Positions 1-9,605 of a stretch of DNA of 64,000 bases are shown here, one piece after another. Under the pieces are notes generated by a model that saw nothing but the letters and a program-made list of their open reading frames with translations, was not told the DNA's origin and searched no databases. The DNA comes from Raja brachyura (Eukaryota). The first letter of the stretch is position 1. The number at the start of each line of letters is the position of its first letter. Location of the stretch: NCBI GenBank assembly GCA_963514005.1, contig OY740790.1:45570001-45634000 (forward strand). Direction: 5' to 3'. The position numbers and the translations under genes are program-made.

Positions 1-2049
1 AATGTTATAACTATCTTTGGCACATTTTCAGGATTTAGGATTAACTGGAATAAAAGTGAAATTATGCCTATAACAGGAATTAACTTAAATATATTACAAC
101 AATATCCATTAAAAATCGTTAAAGACAAATTTAAATATTTAGGAATTAATGTAACTAAATCTTATAATTCATTAATTAAATCTAATTACCCTCTATTATT
201 AGATAAACTTAAAAAATATATTTTGTACTGGAAAACACTTCCCATATCCATGATTGGTAGAATAAATGCTATAAAGATGGTGTTTTTACCACAATTATTA
301 TATTTGTTCCAGGCTATTCCTTTTTTTCTCCCAAAGACCTTTTTTAAAAAAATAGATAATATTATTTATAGTTTTATTTGGGATTATAAAAATCATAGAA
401 TAAGTAAAAAACATTTATGTAAATCTAAGATAAATGGAGGATTAGCACTTCCAAATTTTTTATATTATTTTTGGGCAGTCCAGATTAAGAATATGAATTT
501 TTGGTGGGTAAATATGGATTATGAACCAATGTGGTTAAAGATGGAAAAGGAAGATTGTTTACCCTATAATGTAGGCTCGGTTCTCTTTGCCCCAAAGGAA
601 GTACAAAAAAAATTTATAGGGACAACCCTATAATTTATAATAATAGACGTATTTGGAAACAAATAGTTAAGACTTTACAGATAGATAATCTTTCACTTAG
701 ACTACCAATAATGAATAACCCATTATTTAAGCCCTCTATATTGGATGGAGGGTTTAGACATTGGGATGATTTAGGAATTAAAAGGATAGAGCACCTTTAT
801 AGAAAAGGAAAATTTCTTTTATTCCAAGAGTTACAAGATATCTACGGATTGTCTCCGCATCACTTGTTTAGGTACTTACAAATTAGAGATTATATAAAAT
901 CAAACACATTAGATTATAAAAATAAAGTACCAGGATTATTAGATGATTTGTTTAATTTACACCCAAATACAGAAAAATTAATAGCCTATATATATAACAT
1001 AATCTTGGATAAGGAGAATCCAACAACTGAAACATATCGGCAAGCATGGGAAAAGGAAATCGGTTTATCCATAACAAAAGAAAATTGGGAAGAAAGTTTA
1101 CAGCAAATACATTGGTGTTCGTTAAATGCCAGACATACATTGATACAATTCAAAGTATTATACAGATTACACTATTCAAAAACTAAATTAAATAGTATCT
1201 TTCACAATCTCTCTTCAATTTGTGATAAATGTAAGAACTTAGAAGCAAATTTAATACACAGTTTTGCTACATGTTCCAAACTGAATTACTACTGGACAGA
1301 AATTTTTAAGGTTATTTCTGAGGTTCTAAAAATTAGATTGGATCCAGACCCAAAGTTAATAATACTTGGGATTTTGGATTCAAATTCGGTACTTACAGGA
1401 AATCAAAGAAATTTCTTTGATTACTGTTTGATAATAGGGAAAAAAATCATATTGAAATTTTGGAAGGGAACATTATCCCCCACAATCAAAATGTGGGCAG
1501 CAGAGATGTTGGAGACGTTACAATTAGAAAGAATCAGATTTGTCCTATTGGACAAATATAATACTTTCGAACAAATATGGTCTCCATATATACAGTATCT
1601 AGAGAAGTAGCTGTTCTTGACGTCACAGCCTGACGGGTACCCAGCGGGATTTGATGAGAATAATTGATTCTTATACTAGGATTAATAGGCATGTCTTCAT
1701 TGATATTATTATTTGTAATAGTTTTAGATACAATATATTTTGTTGATTTTCATTGACATATATATATATATATAATATTTTTTCACTTTTTGTTAATCTA
1801 TAATCTTTTTTCCTTGCTCTATTTTCTTCTTCTTTTCTATATAATCAAATTATTATTTAATCACTTTCTTATTGATTTAAAACTATTCTATTCTTTTCTT
1901 TATTTCCAAAAAAATAGAAGATGATAACTGTCAATGGGTTATTTAAAAAATAATATGTAATTAAGCTGAGGTTTGTAAAGCTGTTTACATTATTGTAAAT
2001 AGATTACTTCTAATAAAATAAAGTAATCAAAAAAAAAAAAAAAAAAAAA
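1..2049 (+). mobile_element. L1-clade LINE, 3' part: ORF2 RT C-terminus and Cys-rich domain, 3'UTR, poly(A) tail; 5' part lies outside the window
   Basis: The frame is open from base 1 (FGTFSGFRINWNKSE..., KYLGI, GRINAIKM..LP, GGLALP) and continues in ORF 711-1610 (QFKVLYRLHY, C-x2-C...H..C motif CDKC...HSFATC). One frameshift in the A8 run at 605-612. AATAAA at 2012-2017 and A21 tail at 2029-2049. Confidence 0.93.
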
Positions 2050-2349
2050 GTAATGTAAGTGATGTCATTTATACAGAATGATGGAATTAACTAACAAGAA
2101 TAATTTTTGATCATTCATAAATTTATGTGTCATTATATATTATATAGCCAAGGGTTAGTCACCTTTTAAGCAGTCTGCCCTAATTCTCTTTGAAGTCAAC
2201 AGAAAGTAATATTGGACAGGATATATACGGAGCGGCCAGCTCGGAGAAGTATCTCTCCTCATTAAACATTTTGAACTTCCCCTCAACACCTTGAACATTT
2301 TGAGCTTCCCCTCTACCCTTTATCCTTCCAATTCATTTGGAACATCTAA

Positions 2350-4085
2350 AATAAAAACGGAAAATGCAGGAAATACGCAGCAGGTCCGGCTGCAACAGTG
2401 AGAAGAGAAACTGTTGCTTCAGGTCTGAGGCCGTTTGTCAGAACTGAAAAGGGAGATAAAATAAGTTTGTCAAGCTGCAGGGAGTGTGGGGGAGAGGTAC
2501 ATCTCTGATAAGGTGAAACCCGGGTGACCATGAGAGATAGATAAGCTGTAACTAGGTTATCGAGTCAGTCAGTGAATGGGAGCACATATAGAAGGGGTGA
2601 ACAATAGACAATTGACAATAGGTGCAGGAGTAGGCCATTCGGCCCTTTGAGCCAGCACCGCCATTCAGTGTGATCATGGCTGATCATCCACATCCACAAC
2701 CCTGTTCCTGCCTTCTCCCCATATCCCCTGACTTTGCTATCTTTAAGAGCCCTATCTAGCTCTCTCTTGAAAGTATCCAGAGAAGCGGCCTCCACCGCCC
2801 TCTGAATCAGAGAATTCCACAGACTTACAACTTTCTGTGTGAAAAAGTGTTTCCTCATCTCCATTTTAAATGGCTTACCCCTTATTCTTAAACTGTGGCC
2901 CCTGGTTTTGGACTCCCCCCAACATCGGGAACATGTTTCCTGCCTCTAGCATGTCCAAACCCTCAATAATCTTATGTTTCAATAAGATTCCCTCTCATCC
3001 CTCTAAATTCCAGAGTATATAAGCCCAGCCGCTCCATTCTCTCAGCATATGACAGTCCCGCCATCCCGGGAATTAACCTTGTGACAGCAAAATAATGTAG
3101 GAGTTGTGAAATGCAGAGTTGGAGGACAAACCCATTGGGTCACATATCCTCCACTCCCCGAGAGAAAGAAAATGGACTAAAATAAAATGTTAATACTACA
3201 AATGAATGACTGATACAGATGGCGAAATCAAGTTACGTAAAGTGTACAATTCAATATTGAGTCCAGATGTAAACTCAGGTGCTGCTCCTCAAGATCGTAT
3301 TGAGCTTGCTGTGACAGTAAAGGAGGCCAGAAGCTGAGAGATCAAAGTGGAAGATTCATGGGGAATTAAAGTGGCCAGCAGTGACTGAATGCAAGTGTGC
3401 AGCAAAATGATTACCCAATCTGTGTTGGTTTCTTCAATGTAGAGGAAAATACACTGTGAACACTGAATGCAGGACACTAGACTAGAAGAAGTGTATGTGG
3501 TGAGACTGTTTGGGTCTTCAAATGGTGGGAAGGGAGAGGTGACAGAACAAGTGTTGCAGTGCCTGTGGTTATAACAGGAAGAACTGTTAGACGGGATGGT
3601 TGGTGGGAATGGCAAAGCAGACGTGGATGTTCTGAAGGGAATGGTCCCTGAAAAATGCTGAAAGGGCAGGAAAGGACATTAGAATTTCATTGAAGATGAT
3701 GAAAATTGCAGAGAATGATTTGTTGAATGAGGAGCTGGTGGGGTGGAAGGTGAGGACCAGGGGAACTCTACCCTTCTTCTGCCCCCGAGCAGAGGAGGTA
3801 AGAACAGATGCATGGGAAATGGATGATATGTAGTCACGGGCTTTGTTAACCATGGTAGATGGGGTGCAGGCGTTCAGAAAGAAAGAAGACATTTCAGAGG
3901 CACCTCTACAGAAATCTCATCATTGGAGCAAATACAATGGAGGCAGAAAAACTAGTTGAATGGGCTAAAATCCCTATTGGTGGCAGGGTGGGGCAAAGAG
4001 TGGTCAAAATATAGCAGTGGAAGTCAGATGTACCCTGATCTACTGAGTAATCCAGATTTCCAGCATCTGCAGTTTTTTTTAAATA
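2350..4085 (-). mobile_element. Degenerate Penelope-like retroelement (RT C-terminus and GIY-YIG endonuclease remnant, terminal repeat), interrupted by a CR1 fragment
   Basis: Minus ORFs 3587-3892 (RVPLVLTFHP) and 3289-3615 (RHCNTC...TSSSLVSCIQCSQC..LYIEET) resemble Penelope RT-tail and GIY-YIG motifs. A degenerate hammerhead-type terminal repeat lies at about 2360-2447 and an inverted terminal piece at about 4027-4080. Confidence 0.75.
2601..3083 (-). mobile_element. CR1 LINE 3' fragment nested in the Penelope remnant
   Basis: Minus ORF 2565-2864 (EMRKHFFTQKVVSLWNSL...FKRELD) is a CR1 ORF2 C-terminus, followed by the typical 3'UTR and short tandem tail. Confidence 0.85.
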
Positions 4086-4314
4086 TTTCCTTTCTTTGGA
4101 ACATGCAGTGTTCACTTTATTCATGTCTGAAAAAAGCTATCTGGGTGTTTTTTTACAATGTCTATGTGGCTTTCTTAGCTTCACCATTTTAACTGGAAGC
4201 AGTTCAGACATAGGATGAATTCCATACAGGCAGCTGGAACATATTTAACAAGTTATAGGGCAGAGAGACAATCACTGTGAAAGAGGGACCTATTTTTATT
4301 AATTTCTGTAGGAT

Positions 4315-4390
4315 CACATCATGATCACATTGAATGGCGGTGCTGGCTCAAAGGGCCGAATGGCCTATTCCTGCACCTATTGTCCATTGA
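4315..4390 (+). mobile_element. CR1 3' tail fragment
   Basis: Matches the CR1 3'UTR seen elsewhere in the window (catgatcacattgaatggcggtgctggctc...cctgcaccta). Confidence 0.75.
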
Positions 4391-4749
4391 TCTCTAGTGG
4401 GTAGGATAAACTGGAGCACTCTGTGGCTCTAGTATCATTCCCCAGTGCCAAGCTTATTCCCTATTTCCAGTTACAATATCTGTTGGAAATGTCAACTTTC
4501 AGCATCACCCTCACCTCACAACCTGCATCCTTTTCAGCTCTAATTTATGCCACTAAGTCTCTGATAAAACTCGTTCATACCACAGCACACACATTCCCTC
4601 TGGCTCCGCTAATGTAGTTATTCATTTGAGGCTGGGACTATGCTGATCAACTCAGTAGGCCAGTTAGCATCTGCAGAGGGAAATGTACAGACGATGTATT
4701 GGGTCGGGCCCCTTCTTTAGGTCTGGCTCAAATAAATTACTTGACCTTA

Positions 4750-5018
4750 AGGGCCTGTACCACTTGGCCATTATTTCAGCGACTGCCGGCATCATATCAG
4801 TGTCGCCAAAAGATTTTGAACATTTCAAAATCCAGCGGCAACAAAAAAATGTTGCAACACTTGAAAAAACACCGTGCGTCATACATCATACGTCATTACG
4901 CGTCACCGCCACATCACGTCGCGTCACGTCACATCATGCCTTGATTGTTTTGGTGAGCTGATGCGTCAGTCAATGATGCCGGCAGTCGCCAAAAAAATCG
5001 GCAAGTGGGACAGGCCGT
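4750..5018. mobile_element. PIF/Harbinger-type MITE
   Basis: TIRs AGGGCCTGTACCACTT / AAGTGGGACAGGCCGT with extended internal complementarity; TTA on the left and CTA on the right; related to the element at 60113-60322. Confidence 0.75.
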
Positions 5019-5730
5019 CTAGCCTCACATTTCAGTCTGAATGGATTAAAGATTCCTTGATCCGCTGCATCCAGGCCTTAAAACACATCACTGCGATTGA
5101 AACACTTTCCTATTCAGCTGAGTAAGAGACTTCACTATAAACAATTGGACAATTAAACATATAAGCCATGCAGTGCTGCAGTTATCTATTGCCACTGTTA
5201 CTCATAACTTTATAAACATTACATTACAAATTGAACTTTTGAAAATCTTAAATGGAATCTTATTTTTTTTAATTGTGAAGATGAATTATTAATGTAATTA
5301 ATTCCATAGTTAAAGCAGAGCAAGGTTTATTTTTGCATTTAAAATGTCTCGATTCTAATTGATTTCCTGAGCACAATAGAGGGAATAATGGATTCCTTTG
5401 TCAATAACAATGGACAATAACTACTCTCACATCATTAGGATGGCACTCAGAATGACATTTAAATGATTTATAACCATCACACAAGCTTATGTTTTGATTA
5501 TTCCCACCATTACTATTACTGCCAGTCTTACAACTACAGCGACCACAATTAACACCTATATTACAACTTTCAGAAGGAAATTACTGCTAAGTTTCACAGA
5601 GGCATATGGTAAGCAAGCAATGTCAAATAAAGAAAGGTTGGGAAAATTATTCAAGAGGGGCCTGAAGAAATATGCTAATCAACTAATGACCAATTGGGAC
5701 ATTTGTTGAAAACAGAATAGTTTTAAAAGG

Positions 5731-6592
5731 GTCATAGAGTCATAGATTAATACAGTGTGAAAAAAGGCCCTTCAGCCCAACTTGCCCACACTGGCAACAA
5801 TGTCCCAGCTTCCCTAGTCTCGCTTGCCTGCACTTGGTCCATAACCCTCCAAACCTGCCGTATCCATGTACCTGTGCAACTGTTTCTTAAACAATGGGAT
5901 AGTCCCAGCCTCAACTACCTCGTCTGGCAGCTTGTTCCATACACCCACCTGTGCGAAAAAGTTACCTCTCGGATTCCTATTAAATCTTTTCCCCCTCACC
6001 TTGTCCATATGTCCTCTGGTCCTCGATTTCCCCTACTCTGAGAAAAAGACTCTGTGAATCTACCTGATCTATTCCTCTCATAATTTAGTATACCTCTATA
6101 AGATCTCCCCTCATCCTCCTACGCTCCATGGAATAGAGACCCAGCCTACTCAACCTCTCCCTATAGCTCACACCCTCTTGTCCTGGCAACATTCTCGTAA
6201 ATCTTTTCTGTACCCTTTCAAGCTTGACAATATATTTCCTATAACATGGTGCCAAGAACTGAACACGATATTCTAAATGCGGTCTTACCAACGTCATATA
6301 CAATTGCAACATGACCTCCCAACGTCTATACTCAATACTCTGACTAATGAAGGCCAAAGTGCCAAAAACCTTTTTGACCACCTTATCTAGCTGCGACTCA
6401 ACCTCCATGGAACCATGCACTTGTACTCCTAGATCCCTCTGCTCTACAACACTACCCAGAGGCCTACCATTTATTGTGTATGTCCTGCCCTTGTTCGACA
6501 TCCCAAAATGCAACACCTCACACTTTTCTGAATTAAATTCCATCAACCATTCCTCCGTCCACCAGGCCAATCGATCCCGATCCTGATACAAT
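5731..6592 (-). mobile_element. CR1 LINE 3' fragment (RT C-terminus, 3'UTR, octamer tail)
   Basis: Minus ORF 6085-6591 (WLMEFNSEKCEVLHFG, RDLGVQVH, LVRPHLEY, RRMRGDLIEVY) and 5814-6008; gtcatagagtcataga tail at 5731-5746. Confidence 0.92.
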
Positions 6593-6792
6593 CATTCATA
6601 TTTGAAATGTGCTAAAATTGGACCTCAATTTCCTAATGACCTCTACTCAAATCAGTGCAATTCCCAACTGTCTTTTTGGATGAAGAAACTCTGATTGTAT
6701 ACAAATCAGTGAAGATAACAAGCAGGAACAGCAACCAATTATGAATGTTGGCCTTTGTTGCAAATGGAATAAGATTGAAGATCAAAAGATCA

Positions 6793-7105
6793 AGTGTGTA
6801 GGAAGGATTTGCAGATGCTGGTTTAAACCCAAGAGACACACAATGCTGCAGTAACTCAACAGGACAGGCAGCATCTCTGAAGAGAAGGAATGGGTGATGT
6901 TTCAGGTTGTGACCCTTCTTTAGGTTGTCATGGAAAAGGGAAATGAGAGATATAGATGATGATGTAGAGATATAGAACGAATGAATGAAAGATATGCAAA
7001 AAAGTAACAATGATAAAGGAAACAGGCCAAATAGCAAACAGCTTACAATGGCCTGTTTCCTTTATCATTATAACTTTTTGGTATATCTTTCATTCATTTG
7101 TTCTA
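6793..7105 (-). mobile_element. Penelope-derived repeat with a degenerate hammerhead motif and an inverted (fold-back) end
   Basis: 6793-6920 matches the family at 40811-40942 and 34597-34690; 6973-7029 and 7049-7105 are near-perfect inverted repeats. Confidence 0.7.
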
Positions 7106-7171
7106 CACACACACACGCGCGTGCACACACATGCGCACACACATGCACATACACATGCGCACACACACACA
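7105..7171. repeat. (CA)n/(CG) alternating purine-pyrimidine microsatellite
   Basis: acacacacacgcgcgtgcacacacatgcgcac... read directly. Confidence 0.9.
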
Positions 7172-8019
7172 TAAATTACTTAGCAGCACCATAGAATTTC
7201 AGAGCAAGGAGCAGCTGCTGGAGCAAAATGAAAACAAATTGGTGACAAAACAGCATTGAGGGATGGTTAACGTTTCAGTTCAAGACTCTGCATCAGTACG
7301 GAGAATGCAGACAGGAGTCAGCCAGTATAAAGTTGTGAGCAGAATCTGACTGGTAATATGAGAAACTAGGTGAGAAGAGGGATGTTGAGCAGATGGTGCC
7401 AGCTAGGATGAGTGCATAGGGGTAGAATCAGAGGCTGGGAAGTGATATGCCAAAACAAATGTCTGCAGATTCTGTTGTCTAAATAAAGAAGGTGAGTTAT
7501 GGCCAAGTGAAGACTCTACATTTTTAATAACTTTGGACTCGAATCATATAAAATGGTGCCAGAAATCTGAGAATTATTATGTACTGCCTCAGGGTAGTAC
7601 GCTCTTTCTACTTAAGTATGATTGTGCCAATGTATAGTAAGATTTTACTGAACTGTATGCAAAAAATACATTTCACCGAATCAAGGTACATGTGATAATA
7701 ATGCACCATTGAACCATTAATGCTGAATATTCAGGGACAAACATTTTCACTGCTCACAAGCCCTAGCATCTTGCCTCAAAATGGTGGTCAGGCATGACTG
7801 TAACAATGCGACCATGGAGGCACAGATGGAACAAGCATTTTCACAGACAAACACAGGAAAACAAAACACTGTTAGTTTAAGTGCGCTCTGCACAATGTGA
7901 AAAGTGATTCAGCAGTTTCGAGTCAGTTCTGAAGATGCCTCGTCAGCTGACTCAGTGTCAGCAGAGTGTCCCTTTAAATAGTGAAGAAAGCACCAAACTT
8001 GTTTAAAGTAGCCTAGTTA

Positions 8020-9605
8020 TGTGGATCTTGGGCTTAAAGTGTGTAGCTTGCTGAAATTGACAACAGAAGTAGGTAGAGTTGTAAAGAGGTGCTTGCCTTC
8101 ATCAGTTGGGGCATTGAGTATAAGAATCAGGAAATCTTGTTGAATCTTTCTAAAATGTTTGTTAGCCCACATTTGGAGCATTGTGTGCAGTTCTGGTCTC
8201 CTCATCACTGGAAAATAGTGGACGGTTTGGAGAGGGTGCAGAAGAGGTTTACTAAAATACTGCCTGGATTAAAGGGTATTAGCCATAAGGAGAGTTGGAT
8301 TGTTGAGCGGAGACTAGATAGAAGTATATAAAATTACATGAGGCATTGATACGATAGATGGACAGAACTTTCTTCCCAGGGTGGAAATGTCAAAGGCCAG
8401 AGGGCACAGCTTTGAGGTCAGTGGGGAAATTTTAAAAGAGATGTGAGAGGGGGCGTTTTTTACACAGAGTGTGATGGCTGTCTGGAATGTGCTGCCAGGG
8501 GTGTTGTGGAAGAAGGTATGATAGTGGCATTTGACAGGCACCAGACTACGTGCAGACCCGTTTGGTCTGCTCACCCAACACAATATTCCACCACTCACCC
8601 ATAGCCCCAACTGCGCAGGCGCGGCTGACGGGTTCCCGTTGTGATGCCCCTAATCCCCCCCCTACCTCAAGCCTCCCAACTCTGCCCCTTGCCCTTCCCC
8701 CTAGTGGGGGAGGCAGCGAGCATGCTGTAACCGGAGGGGGGTGGGGGCGTGCATGCTGGAGCCGGAGGGGGTATGGGGTGGCAGGGGGAGGGGGGGAAGG
8801 GAGGAAGTGGGGAAGAGCGAGGAAGGGGGGGGAGCTGCTGTAGCCTGAGGGCGGATAGGGGGGAGGCAGTGAGCATGCTGTAACCAGAGGGGGGGAGGAG
8901 GGGGGAGGGGGGGAGGCAGCGGGCCAGCTGGAGCCGGAGGTGGGGCTGGGATGGGGGAGGCACGAGCCTGCTGTAGCCAGAGGGGGGAATGGGGGGAGGC
9001 AGCTAGCATGCTGGAGCCGCGAGACCTCCTCCGGTCCCCGCACCAGCTCCAACCCCAGCCTATGGCCCGGGGGAGCTAAAAATTAAAATAGTAACAAACT
9101 TACCTCGGTTTAACGTCGTAACGGGGGAAGAAATGGCGGTTTGAAACTCTAGATAGGCCCCAAATGCTTGGGGTGTCTTTTGTGACGCCTGTTAAGTAAA
9201 GATGGCAAATGGGGGTGGGGCAAATGGGGCGGGCATGTGGGTGGGGGCGGGGCAAGTGGGGGCACTGTTTTATCTTTTGTTAAAAACTTTTAAATGTCAA
9301 TAACATAAAATATATCATCAATCTGAACGTAACTCATTTCATTTACATCACAGGACAATGGTGAGTAAGGTGGGCCAAAATGGTAGTGCTATCCTCTACT
9401 GTTTTTGCGCAAATTAAGGTACAAACAAACAAACAAACAGACAAACAAGATGAGAGTTTTAGTAATATAAATTTAAATAGGCACATGGAAATGCAGGGAA
9501 TGAAGGGGTATGAATCATGTGCAAGCGGAGGAGATTTGTTTAACTTAGAACATTCATTGCCTGCCAAAGGGCATGGTCCTGTTCTGTATGGTTTTATACT
9601 CTCTG
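8020..9605 (+). mobile_element. CR1 3' fragment split by a Helitron-like insertion
   Basis: ORF 8089-8331 (LAFISWGIEYK...PHLEHCVQFWSP...LERVQKRFTK). CR1 sequence stops at 8540 (aggca) and resumes at 9472 (tttaaataggcacatgg). Confidence 0.8.
8541..9471 (-). mobile_element. Non-autonomous Helitron-like element with internal G-rich minisatellite
   Basis: Inserted between host A (8540) and T (9472) with no TSD. On the minus strand the 5' end is close to TCTATATTACTAAAACTCTC (one mismatch). GCAGACC-n5-GGTCTGC hairpin at 8552-8570 sits just inside a CTRR terminus. G-rich repeats at 8700-9020. Confidence 0.75.

Noticed and set aside
2263-2320. About 29-bp imperfect tandem duplication
   Set aside because: An ordinary local slippage duplication with no further structure.
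8546-9052. Overlapping Pro/Gly-rich ORFs on both strands
   Set aside because: They are translations of a G-rich minisatellite inside a Helitron-like element.
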